From Alphaproteobacteria bacterium (GTDB lineage Bacteria > Pseudomonadota > Alphaproteobacteria > CALKHQ01): a stretch of DNA of 64,000 bases. The stretch spans positions 672,001-736,000 of the forward strand of contig CBDDFZ010000002.1 in the NCBI GenBank assembly GCA_965227515.1, read 5' to 3'. The number at the start of each line of letters is the position of its first letter. The stretch's first letter is position 1. The notes beneath the pieces are model-generated. The model searched no databases, had not been told where the DNA came from, and saw nothing but the letters and a program-made list of their open reading frames with translations. Positions 18,204 through 27,198 of this stretch are shown here, piece by piece. A program made the translations under genes and the position numbers.

Positions 18204-19577
18204 GTGCCGATTGGGAATCGCCGTCAAGTCGCGGAGGCCACGTGCCGCGCCGGGCTTCTGAAGGGTGCGCGTTGTGGCGGCGCGCTCGCACTGATCGCAG
18301 GCGTGGCGCTGTTCGCGCCGCCGGCCCTTGCGATCACCGCCGAGGAGTTCCTTGCCTCGCCGGGCGCGCAGGCGTTCACCGACGGGCGCTACCAGGACGC
18401 GATTGACGGGTTCGAGGCGCTGTTGGTCGACAACCCCGGCGACCCGACGATCCGTCGGTACATCGCCATCGCCTACCAGCAACTGGGCGACCACCAGGCC
18501 GCGGTCGACACCCTGGACAGTGCCATCGCCGATTCGCCCGGCACGGTGGCCCTGCATTATTATCGCGCGCTGTCGCGGCTTGAACTGGGCGATGCCGATG
18601 GCGCGGTCGACGATCTGAACCAGGTCGTGGCGCTGGAGCCGAGCGGCCTCTATGCGCAGCAGGCGGCGACGTCCCTGGCGGCCCTGGGGGCGGGCGACGG
18701 CACGGTGCCCGCCCTGGGCGACCGGCCCTGGGATGCCTCGCTGGAAGTTGGCCTCCAATACGATTCCAACGTGCCCTCCGCGGCCAGCGACGCTCCGGGA
18801 CCGAAGGCGGCGTTTCGCGCCTATGAGGCGCTGTCGGGCGCGTACCGCTTCGACCTGAGCGACACGGTCGAGCTGGAAGCGAGCGGCGACGCGTATCTGA
18901 GCCAGCACTTGAAGGCCGACCTCAACGACTTCGACGTGATGTCCGGCACCATCGGCCTGGCCGGCCGCTATGCCGACTTCGTCGGCGAGCTGCCGTTTGC
19001 CCTGGAGACCGCCTACGAGCTGAACGGCACCCTGCTGGATGGCGAGCTGTTCAGCTATTCCCATTCGCTGCGCACGTCGGCGGTGGCCGCCATCCAGGAG
19101 ATATGGCTGGCGGAAGTGTTCCACGAGATTTCGCTGAACGAGTTCACCAACAACGGCGAACTCGGCACCGTCACCTCGCGCGATGCCATCCGCAACGATG
19201 TCGGCACCCGCCAGTACGTGTTCGTCGACGGGCGCGAGAGCTACGTGTTCGCCGGCTATACCTTCGGCCGCAATCTGGCGTCTGGCAGCAACTTCGATTT
19301 CTACAGCCATGAGGTGGAGATCGGCGGCGTGGCCCAGGTGACCGATGCCATCCAGATCGACGGCACCGCGACCTACACCTACCAGCACTATCCGAACTTC
19401 ATCGGCACCACGACGCGCAGTACCGACCAGTATGAGTTCTCGCTGGGGGCCACCACCGAGATCTTCGACAATGTCGATCTGTCGGCTGGCTGGACCTACA
19501 CGGACGAGAACTCGTCGATCCAGTCATTGGATTACAATCGCCATATCGGCACGATTTCGATAGGATACACGTTCTGA
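18204..19577 (+). CDS. TPR-domain outer-membrane beta-barrel protein (Slam/DUF560-like)
   Basis: GGAGGA RBS then GTG; signal peptide; about 3 TPR-like helical repeats; barrel starting at GLQYDSNV; alternating aromatic strands; C-terminal ISIGYTF (BAM-type signal). Confidence 0.75.
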   Translation: MPIGNRRQVAEATCRAGLLKGARCGGALALIAGVALFAPPALAITAEEFLASPGAQAFTDGRYQDAIDGFEALLVDNPGDPTIRRYIAIAYQQLGDHQAAVDTLDSAIADSPGTVALHYYRALSRLELGDADGAVDDLNQVVALEPSGLYAQQAATSLAALGAGDGTVPALGDRPWDASLEVGLQYDSNVPSAASDAPGPKAAFRAYEALSGAYRFDLSDTVELEASGDAYLSQHLKADLNDFDVMSGTIGLAGRYADFVGELPFALETAYELNGTLLDGELFSYSHSLRTSAVAAIQEIWLAEVFHEISLNEFTNNGELGTVTSRDAIRNDVGTRQYVFVDGRESYVFAGYTFGRNLASGSNFDFYSHEVEIGGVAQVTDAIQIDGTATYTYQHYPNFIGTTTRSTDQYEFSLGATTEIFDNVDLSAGWTYTDENSSIQSLDYNRHIGTISIGYTF

Positions 19578-19682
19578 GGGGCCATATGGAGCCATGAGGG
19601 TTCCGGTCATGCGGTCGGCGAGAGAGCAGGCGCCGGCGGCACGGACGATGCGAGAGCTGAGCCTGAAAAAGGCCCGAGGTGA

Positions 19683-20000
19683 ATGATGACGATGTATGGA
19701 AGCAGACTGGCGGTTCTGGGGATCGCGGCGGCATTCGCGCTGGCACCCGTTGCCGCGTCGGCACAGTCCGGAAATGACGCCAACGGCAACGGATCGAGTG
19801 TCGATGAACGGATCGACCTGGCGCTTGGCACGCTGGGCAACTTCGGCAATCTCGATCTGGCCAAGTTCCTGACCGAGATTCCCGACCTGCCGCGGCCCAA
19901 TCACGGCCCGCAGCCATTCCTGCAGCAGCCGGAAGACGCGCAGATCGACTTCACGCCGCCCGGCACCACGGATTCCATCACGCCACGCGGTGTGAAGTAA
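19683..20000 (+). CDS. Small secreted hypothetical protein
   Basis: GAGGT RBS; signal peptide ending AASA|QS; 105 aa, low-complexity mature part. Confidence 0.7.
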   Translation: MMTMYGSRLAVLGIAAAFALAPVAASAQSGNDANGNGSSVDERIDLALGTLGNFGNLDLAKFLTEIPDLPRPNHGPQPFLQQPEDAQIDFTPPGTTDSITPRGVK

Positions 20001-20248
20001 CCCTTATTGGGGTGACGGTTGCGGCATCGCCGGTCGTCGCGTACGGCCGGCGTCGACCCAACATTTCGCCAGATTGATTGTATGAAGTGATATTGCCCCG
20101 AACGGGGCCATGCGACGCCGCATCGGCGGCCCATGTCCGCCAGCGTTTGCCGGGCGGGCCGCGCCTGTTACGATGGCCTGCCCTTTGCGTGGGGCCACCC
20201 TTGGCCTGGGGACTACCCTTGGCTTCGGGCCGGGACGTCGCATTCAAT

Positions 20249-20275
20249 TGAACCGGATCGCGCTTTGGAACGACC
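20249..20275 (+). promoter_or_regulatory. Candidate ECF-type (auto)promoter TGAACC-N16-CGACC
   Basis: AAC-containing -35 and CG-containing -10 with a 16-nt spacer, about 40 nt before the ECF sigma start. Confidence 0.4.
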
Positions 20276-20313
20276 ACTCCAATAGCGGCTCCGGTCAGAG
20301 TGGATAGAATACG

Positions 20314-20877
20314 GTGAACGCCAATCCCTCAGACGCGGAACTGCTGAGCCGGGTTGCGGCACAAGACCGTCAGGCCATTGGCCCTCTGTATGAACGGTTT
20401 CAGCGTCGCATTTTCCGGTATCTGGTCCGCATGGTGAAGGACGAAGGGATGGCCGAAGATCTGGTCAACGAGGTGTTTCTGGATGTCTGGCGCGGCGCCG
20501 GCCGGTTCGAAGGCCGTTCCTCGCCGTCTTCCTGGATGTTCTCGATTGCCCACAACAAGGCGGTCAGCGCGTTGCGGCGTCGGCGGGAGGCTTCTCTCGA
20601 CGAGGACGACGCAGCGGCGATCGAAGACGACGCGGCTCTTCCCGACCAGACCGTTCACGAAGACGACGTGCGGAAAATGATGAGGAGGTACCTTGACAAG
20701 CTGTCACCCGAGCACAAGGCGGTAATCGAGCTCACCTACTACCAGGAGCTTTCGATCAAAGAGATCGCGGAAATCGTCGACTGCCCGGAAAACACGGTCA
20801 AGACCAGGATGTTCCACGCAAGAAAGCGCCTGCGCGAAATGATGGGATCGCGCATGAGCCGGGAAAACGTATCATGA
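20314..20877 (+). CDS. ECF RNA polymerase sigma factor
   Basis: Region 2 AEDLVNEVFLDVW..A.RF...W.FSIAHNKA; region 4 LSIKEIAEIV...NTVKTRMFHARK. Confidence 0.95.
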   Translation: MNANPSDAELLSRVAAQDRQAIGPLYERFQRRIFRYLVRMVKDEGMAEDLVNEVFLDVWRGAGRFEGRSSPSSWMFSIAHNKAVSALRRRREASLDEDDAAAIEDDAALPDQTVHEDDVRKMMRRYLDKLSPEHKAVIELTYYQELSIKEIAEIVDCPENTVKTRMFHARKRLREMMGSRMSRENVS

Positions 20878-21599
20878 CCGACAACCGCACCACAGCCGCA
20901 GAGCGCCAGCAGTCGCTGGAAGAGCTTCTCCCCTGGTATATCAACGGCACGCTCTCTGAGCGCGAAAGCGCCGAGGTCGAAGCCTGGCTGGCCGAGGATG
21001 CCGACGCCCGCGCACTCGTTGACGAGATGCGCCTGGAAAGCGTCGTTACCCGTGCCGCCAACGATGAGATCGCTGGGCCGAGCCCGGCGTCCTTCGACAA
21101 CCTGATGGCGATGATCGACGCCGAAAGCCCGGCAGAGCAGGCCGCACCCGTGGCCCAGGCTCGCCCGGCCGTGCGCCCCAGTCTGATCGAACGGCTGACC
21201 GGTTGGTTGCCGACCCCGTCGCTGAAGGCAGCCGGTGCGCTGGCCGGTGTCGTGCTGGTGGCCCAGGCGGTCGCGATCGCGGTGCTGGTCTCGTCCGGGC
21301 CGGCCGACCAGGCCGATCCGGCCCAGGGCGACGCGAACAACAACTTCATCACCGCCAGCGATGGCACGGGCGCGGCCATTGATGGCCCGGCGCTGCTGGT
21401 CATGTTCGACGAGGCGACGACCATGGGTGACGTGGCGGGATTGCTGGACGCCAACGCCCTGCGCATTGTCAACGGCCCCGAGGCCGGGTTCTACACGGTG
21501 GTGCTGACGGCGGAGGGCGCCGATGCGGCGACCGCCGAGGCGCTGGCCGCGACGCTGGCGGAAGATCCCCGGGTGCAGTTCGCGTCGGTCACGAATTGA
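20874..21599 (+). CDS. Membrane-bound anti-sigma factor (degenerate zf-HC2-like N-terminus, one TM helix, periplasmic domain)
   Basis: ELLPWYINGTL..E...VEAWL; ATGA overlap with the sigma gene; TM LAGVVLVAQAVAIAVLV. Confidence 0.82.
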   Translation: MTDNRTTAAERQQSLEELLPWYINGTLSERESAEVEAWLAEDADARALVDEMRLESVVTRAANDEIAGPSPASFDNLMAMIDAESPAEQAAPVAQARPAVRPSLIERLTGWLPTPSLKAAGALAGVVLVAQAVAIAVLVSSGPADQADPAQGDANNNFITASDGTGAAIDGPALLVMFDEATTMGDVAGLLDANALRIVNGPEAGFYTVVLTAEGADAATAEALAATLAEDPRVQFASVTN

Positions 21600-21753
21600 T
21601 CAGGGGCGACCCGGCACGCCAAGACTGACATATTGTAGGCGGAATTCAGGGGGCTAGATAGGTTGATCTGGCCCCACGCCGCACCGGCCGATGGCGGCAG
21701 CGCCGCCAACCGGATGTAACCCTGCCGGCGCGGCCAATCATAGTGAGGCGATC

Positions 21754-23064
21754 ATGTTCGACATTGGACGACGCGCGATTGCTCTGCTTTGCACCCTGAT
21801 GCTCATCGTGGCGTCGGTGCCGGTGTGGGTGCCGACAGTGGATGCCCAGACAACGGGCGGCGCCACGGCGGTGCCGCCGAACCTGCCGCCCAACAATCCG
21901 CCCGGCAACGACGATATCACCCGTCCACCGGGTCCAACCGTGCTGGATGACGCCATCATCCCGCCGAGCCTGCCCGGCGGCGGTCCGCTTGAGTTGCCCC
22001 CCGGTAGCTTCGTCGACCGGCAAGTGATGATCACCATTCCCGCCAGCGCGCCGCCCGGCACTGGGCAGGCCATTGCGCAGGGCCAGGGTTTCGGCGTGAT
22101 CCGCGAGTTCAATGTCAACTCGCTCGGCCTGCGCGCGCTGGTGCTGAGCCTGCCGGGCGATTTGGACATTCCCTCCGCGGTCGATTTCCTGCTGCTGATC
22201 GGCGGGGTCAACTCCGCGCAGCCGGTCTATCGGCATAGCCTGGCGGCCGGGCCGCAATACGCGCTGGACACGCTGCGCGTGCCGGCCGCACACCAATATG
22301 CGACCGGCAACCAGATCCTGGTGGCGGTGATCGATTCCGGTGTCGACGCCAATCATCCCGCGCTGGCCGGCCGGGTGGTGGGCGTCACCGACTTTTCCGG
22401 CAGCGGCGGACGCCCCGACAATCACGGCACCGCGGTCGCCGGCATCATCGCCGGCAGCGGCCAAGTGACCGGCATCGCGCCCGGCGCCAGCATTCTTGCC
22501 GTTACCGCGTTCAGCCCGCAGGGCGGCGGTGGCGAAGGCACCTCCGACCGCATCGTGCAGGCGGTCGACTTCGCCATCCTGTCCGGCGCCGACGTCATCA
22601 ACATGAGCTTCTCCGGCCCCAACGACCCGTTGCTGAACCAGACCGTGCAGCGCGCGATTGCCGGCGGCATCGTGGCCGTCGCGGCGGCGGGCAATGGTGG
22701 CCCGTCGAGCGGGCCGAGCTGGCCGGCGGCCATCCCCGGCGTTATCGCGGTCACCGCCACGGACCCGAACGACCAGCTCTATGGCAATGCGACGCGCGGC
22801 AGCTTCGTCAGCCTGGCGGCACCGGGCGTGCAGGTGCTCTGCGTTACCGCCGGCGGCGGTTTCGGCCTGTTGTCCGGCACGTCGATGGCGGCGGCCCATG
22901 TCAGCGGGCTGGCGGCCCTGATCCTGGAGCGCAATCGCGGCGCCAGCCCGGCGCAGGTGCTCGCCATCTTGCAGGCCTCGGCGCGGGACCTGGGCGCACC
23001 GGGACGCGACGCCGAGTTCGGCTACGGGCGGATCGATGCGTTGGGGGCGGTGCAGGGCCTCTAG
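21754..23064 (+). CDS. Secreted S8 (subtilisin-like) serine peptidase with Pro-rich linker and prodomain
   Basis: VAVIDSGVD (Asp), HGTAVAG (His), AAAGN (oxyanion Asn), SGTSMAAAHV (Ser), GYGRIDA; signal peptide. Confidence 0.93.
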   Translation: MFDIGRRAIALLCTLMLIVASVPVWVPTVDAQTTGGATAVPPNLPPNNPPGNDDITRPPGPTVLDDAIIPPSLPGGGPLELPPGSFVDRQVMITIPASAPPGTGQAIAQGQGFGVIREFNVNSLGLRALVLSLPGDLDIPSAVDFLLLIGGVNSAQPVYRHSLAAGPQYALDTLRVPAAHQYATGNQILVAVIDSGVDANHPALAGRVVGVTDFSGSGGRPDNHGTAVAGIIAGSGQVTGIAPGASILAVTAFSPQGGGGEGTSDRIVQAVDFAILSGADVINMSFSGPNDPLLNQTVQRAIAGGIVAVAAAGNGGPSSGPSWPAAIPGVIAVTATDPNDQLYGNATRGSFVSLAAPGVQVLCVTAGGGFGLLSGTSMAAAHVSGLAALILERNRGASPAQVLAILQASARDLGAPGRDAEFGYGRIDALGAVQGL

Positions 23065-23075
23065 GACGGCCCGAT

Positions 23076-24173
23076 ATGCAGCGCGTGTTCGGCGGGCTCC
23101 TGGCCGCGGCCGGGCTGTTGCTGGCGGGCTATGCGGCGCTTGCCGAGCCCGGTGACACGGCGTGGACCGCGCCCGCGTTCCCCGGGCTCGGCCCACCCCC
23201 GGCCCCCGCCGACAACCCGACGACCGAGGCCAAGGTCACGCTCGGGCGCTTCCTGTTCTACGACAGCCGCCTGTCCGGGCCGGGCTATATGTCGTGCGGC
23301 ACCTGCCACCAGCCGGCGCTGGGCTTTGCCGAGGATCGCCGGCAGGCCATCGGCATCACAGGTGAGCGGCATCCGCGCAACACGCCGGGGCTGGCCAATG
23401 TCGGCTATTTCCCGGTGCTGACCTGGGCCGATCCGACCGCGACCGCGCTGGAAACGCAATCGTCGACGCCGCTGTTCGGCACCCATCCGGTGGAAATGAT
23501 GGCCGCGCCGCGCCGGGCCGAAATCCTGCTCAGGTTCAGCACCGACGGCACCTATCGCCGCCTGTTCGCGGCAGCCTTTCCCGAGGCGCCGGATGCGGTG
23601 GATTTCGAACACATCCAGATGGCGCTGGCGGCGTTCCAGCGCACGCTGATTTCGGCCGACAGCCCCTATGACCGGCATGCCGCCGATCCGATGTCCGGCG
23701 CCATGGACGCGGCGGCGGTGCGCGGCATGGAGCTGTTCATGAGCGACCGGCTGGGCTGCGCCGGCTGCCATGCGCCGCCGTTCTTCACCGACACCGCCTA
23801 TCACAACACCGGGCTCTATGACGAGGACGGCGCGGGCGCGCTGCCGGAAGGCAACCAGGGCATCGTCGAGTACACCGGCGACCCGGCCGACATGGGGCGG
23901 TTCCGCACCCCCAGCCTGCGCAATGTGGCGGTGACCGGCCCCTACATGCACGACGGCTCGGTGGCGACGTTGGAGGAGGCGGTCGACCACTATGCCGCCG
24001 GCGGACGCGCCGGCTCGCCCTTGACCGATCCGCTGGTGACCGGGTTTGCGCTCGATGCTGGCGAGCGCGCCGACCTGGTCGCGTTCCTTGAGGCGCTGAC
24101 CGACGAGACGTTCCTGACCAACCCCGCGATCCAGTCGCCGTTCCGGTATCAACCGGAAGCGCTGGGCGACTGA
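23076..24173 (+). CDS. Di-haem cytochrome c peroxidase-superfamily enzyme (MbnH/MauG-like)
   Basis: CGTCH and CAGCH; LFYDSRLS, RNTPGLANV, LTWAD, FRTPSLRNVAVTGPYMHDGS, HYAAGG; signal peptide. Confidence 0.9.
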   Translation: MQRVFGGLLAAAGLLLAGYAALAEPGDTAWTAPAFPGLGPPPAPADNPTTEAKVTLGRFLFYDSRLSGPGYMSCGTCHQPALGFAEDRRQAIGITGERHPRNTPGLANVGYFPVLTWADPTATALETQSSTPLFGTHPVEMMAAPRRAEILLRFSTDGTYRRLFAAAFPEAPDAVDFEHIQMALAAFQRTLISADSPYDRHAADPMSGAMDAAAVRGMELFMSDRLGCAGCHAPPFFTDTAYHNTGLYDEDGAGALPEGNQGIVEYTGDPADMGRFRTPSLRNVAVTGPYMHDGSVATLEEAVDHYAAGGRAGSPLTDPLVTGFALDAGERADLVAFLEALTDETFLTNPAIQSPFRYQPEALGD

Positions 24174-24198
24174 TCGGCGTTCTCGGCCGAAGGGTCGA

Positions 24199-24273
24199 CG
24201 TAGCCTGGGTGAAGCGTCAGCGCAACCCAGGGACAGCCAAACCCGGGTTTCACGTCGTTCCACCCGGGCTACG
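24199..24273. repeat. REP/REPIN doublet (GTAG type)
   Basis: cGTAGcctgggtgaagcg...cgttccacccgggCTACg: two inverted GTAG-headed hairpins between convergent genes. Confidence 0.8.
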
Positions 24274-24288
24274 ATCCGAGTACCAATC

Positions 24289-27054
24289 CTACCGCGCCAG
24301 GAAGTCCTTCGTCGCCGCCACCGCGTCGGCGAGGCCGACCCGCTCCACCGCCACGCCCTCGGGGAAGGCGCCGAGCAGGCGCGTCGGCGTCATCGGGTCC
24401 AGCAGCACGAACACGCCATGGTCGTCGGCGCGGCGCACCAGCCGCCCGAACGCCTGTTTCAGGCGCAGGCGGGTGAGCATGTCGTCATAGGCGCGACGCT
24501 CGCCGCCGCCCTCGACGAACGCCTCGCGACGGGCGCGGTGCGCGATGCTGGGCCGTGGCCAGGGCACGCGATCGAACACCAGCAGGCGCAGCGCGCGGCC
24601 CGGCACGTCGACCCCGTCGCGAACCGCGTCCGTGCCGAGCAGGCAGGTGGTCTCCTCGGCCCGGAAGATGTCGATCAGGGTGGCGGCATCCATCGCGTCG
24701 ACATGCTGGGCCAGCAAGTCGATGCGGTGCTGCGCCAGTGGGCCTGCGATCTTCTGATGCACCGCGCGCAGCCGGCTGATCGCGGTGAACAGGCCAAGCC
24801 CGCCGCCGCCCGAGGCAACGAACAGCTCGCGGTAGGCGGCGGCGACCTGGTCCAGGTCGTCCTTGCGCACGTCGGTGACGATGAAGACCTTGGTCTGCGC
24901 CGGGTAGTCGAACGGGGACACCACCTTGGCGCGCTGTGCCGGGTCGGGCAGGTGAACCGCGCCGACCCGCGCCTCCGCCTCGTGCCAGTCCAATTCGGGC
25001 GCGCCGGAGCCGTCGGTCAGCGTCGCCGAGGTGACGACGACCCCATGCGCCTCGCGCAGCACCGCGTCGGCCAGCGGCGCGGTCGGGTCCAGCCAGTGGC
25101 GGTAGTAGCCCACGTCGGCATCGCTGCCGCCGATCCGCTCGATGGTCAGCCAGTCGATGAAGCGCGGGTCGGGCTCGGACGAAAGGGCCGCCAGCATGTC
25201 GATCCACGCCGGCAGCATAGTGTCGGCGCGGCGGCCGAGTGCACGCACCGCCGCTTCCAGCCGGGTGCGCGTGGTGGTGTCCAGCGCGTCGGCTTCCTCG
25301 TCCAGCCGGGCGGCGAAGCGGGCGGCAAGCGCGCGCAGCGGCTTCACCAGGTCCTTCAGCGCGGTGGCGAGCCCGGTGGCGGCCTCCAGCAGCGCTTCCT
25401 CCACCGGGCGCACATCGCATTCCAGGCTGTAGGGCGAACGCGGATCGACACGGGCGTAGACCTGGCGGCGGACCAGGTGCAGCAGGTACTCGGCCGGGCC
25501 GTCCGGGCGTCCGTCGGCCAGCCGCTGGTGCCAGCCTTCGCCGGGCAGCACCACGGCGGCGGCAATGGCGGCGTTCAGGTGCTTCTCCGCCGTTGGATCG
25601 TCCAGCGTCAGCTCGCCATAGCGGTTGCGCAGGCCGCGCATGCGGCTGCGGCTCTGGCGCGCCTCCGAGCCCCTGATCCAGCGCCTCAGGTCGGCGCCCT
25701 CCTGCCCCGAAAGGTGGGCGCAGAACACGTTGTCGGCGGCGTCGAACAGGTGGTGGCCCTCGTCGAACACCAGGCGGGTCGGCAGCCTGGTGTCGTCCAT
25801 GCCGCCAAGGGCGGCCTGGGTCATCACCAGCGCGTGGTTGGCGATCACCAGGTCCGCGCGCCGTGCCCGCCGTACCGAGCGCTCGATGAAGCAGCGCCCA
25901 TAGTGGGGGCACGCGGAATAGATGCACTCGCCGCGCCGGTCGGAAAGGCCCAGCGTGCGCCCGCGCCCGACCAGCCCCGGCAGCCAGCCCGGCAGGTCGC
26001 CGCCGACCATGTCGCCGTCGCGGGTCGCGGCGGTCCAGCGCGCCATCAGGCCCAGCGCGGGGGCGACGCCGGGGTTCATGGCGATGCTGTTGCTGGCGTC
26101 CTCCAGGTTCAAGAGGCAGAGGTAGTTCTCGCGCCCCTTGCGGGTGACCACGTGGACCGAGCGCTCGACGGGGTCGGGGTACAGGCGCACCAGTTCCTGG
26201 TCGATCTGGCGCTGCAGATTGCGGGTGAAAGTGCTGATCCACACCGGCGCGCCATTGCGCTCCGCCCACAGGCTGGCCGGCGCGATGTAGCCCAGGGTCT
26301 TGCCGGTGCCGGTCCCGGCCTCGGCCACCACCAGGGCGGTCGCCTCCGGGTCGTGACGGGTCTGGAACGCGCCGGCGACGGCGGAGGCGTAGCTGGCCTG
26401 CTGCGGGCGCGCCTCGGCGGTGCTGCCCAGCATGTCGGCGAGCCGGGTGCGCGCCTCGTCGGGGTCGACGGGCAGGTCGCGCGGCGGTGTGTCCGGCGCC
26501 TCGCCATCCCATTGCGGCAGCCGGCGCCACACCGCCATCGACGATTGCGCGCGTTCCGGGCGCACCGGGCCGCCCAGCGCCTGCACGATGTAGGGTGCCC
26601 ACGGCCAGCCGCCGCGGCCCATCATCATGGCGATGCCGGCGGCATCGACATCGGCGGTCTCCACGATTTCGGCCAGCAGCGCGTCGGCGATGCGCAGCAA
26701 CGCTTCGGCGGCCGATTGCAGGTCGGTCGGCAGTGGCAGGTCGAGCGCTGCGGCGAGGCCGCGCGGCGTCGGCAGCACCGTCACCGCGGGACGGACGAAG
26801 GCGAACAGCTCCAACACGTCGAACGCACCGTCGAGCGAGATGTCCAGACGCCGCGCCGTTGCCGCCTTGTGACAGCACAATATCGGCGCGCCGTCGGCCA
26901 TCACCGTCTTCAGCCGCTGGGCAAGGGCCGCCAGGTCGCCGGTGCTGCTGCGTGCCGGTGTCGCCACCGCCCCCTGGTCGAACGCCACCGCCACCGCCAT
27001 CCAATCGGTGCGGGGTGCGGTGCGCCGATCGGCGAAGGCCTGTTCTGACTGCAT
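24289..27054 (-). CDS. dinG: ATP-dependent DNA helicase, DinG family
   Basis: RPQQ Q-motif, EAGTGTGKT, KGRENYLC, Fe-S Cys (ECIYSACPHYGRC), DEGH, QAFGRLVR; start uncertain. Confidence 0.92.
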   Translation of the reverse strand: MQSEQAFADRRTAPRTDWMAVAVAFDQGAVATPARSSTGDLAALAQRLKTVMADGAPILCCHKAATARRLDISLDGAFDVLELFAFVRPAVTVLPTPRGLAAALDLPLPTDLQSAAEALLRIADALLAEIVETADVDAAGIAMMMGRGGWPWAPYIVQALGGPVRPERAQSSMAVWRRLPQWDGEAPDTPPRDLPVDPDEARTRLADMLGSTAEARPQQASYASAVAGAFQTRHDPEATALVVAEAGTGTGKTLGYIAPASLWAERNGAPVWISTFTRNLQRQIDQELVRLYPDPVERSVHVVTRKGRENYLCLLNLEDASNSIAMNPGVAPALGLMARWTAATRDGDMVGGDLPGWLPGLVGRGRTLGLSDRRGECIYSACPHYGRCFIERSVRRARRADLVIANHALVMTQAALGGMDDTRLPTRLVFDEGHHLFDAADNVFCAHLSGQEGADLRRWIRGSEARQSRSRMRGLRNRYGELTLDDPTAEKHLNAAIAAAVVLPGEGWHQRLADGRPDGPAEYLLHLVRRQVYARVDPRSPYSLECDVRPVEEALLEAATGLATALKDLVKPLRALAARFAARLDEEADALDTTTRTRLEAAVRALGRRADTMLPAWIDMLAALSSEPDPRFIDWLTIERIGGSDADVGYYRHWLDPTAPLADAVLREAHGVVVTSATLTDGSGAPELDWHEAEARVGAVHLPDPAQRAKVVSPFDYPAQTKVFIVTDVRKDDLDQVAAAYRELFVASGGGGLGLFTAISRLRAVHQKIAGPLAQHRIDLLAQHVDAMDAATLIDIFRAEETTCLLGTDAVRDGVDVPGRALRLLVFDRVPWPRPSIAHRARREAFVEGGGERRAYDDMLTRLRLKQAFGRLVRRADDHGVFVLLDPMTPTRLLGAFPEGVAVERVGLADAVAATKDFLAR

Positions 27055-27198
27055 CGACGTCCTGTGCTGTGTCGCGCTGCCATGGGCACGCGACATGATG
27101 CCGGCAACGTGACCGCCTTATGCGTGGCGCCAGCCGATGTGGGTAATCGACGTTGCCGACCGGCCAATGGTACCATCCCGGCCATGTATAGCACCCGG

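Noticed and set aside
16275-19388. 1037-aa minus-strand ORF
   Set aside because: Antisense shadow of asnB and the barrel gene; no motifs; expected in high-GC DNA
19594-19686. 30-codon ORF overlapping the start of the secreted orphan
   Set aside because: Too short, no recognisable features, cannot be supported from sequence alone
16332-20000. asnB as a lasso-peptide cyclase acting on the 105-aa orphan
   Set aside because: It has an intact N-terminal Cys glutaminase domain; no B-protein/RRE gene; the orphan has a Sec signal rather than a lasso leader; context is glycan genes
24418-27048. 876-aa plus-strand ORF (likewise 37856-40462 and 5509-7713)
   Set aside because: Shadow frames of dinG, the polar scaffold and the RND gene
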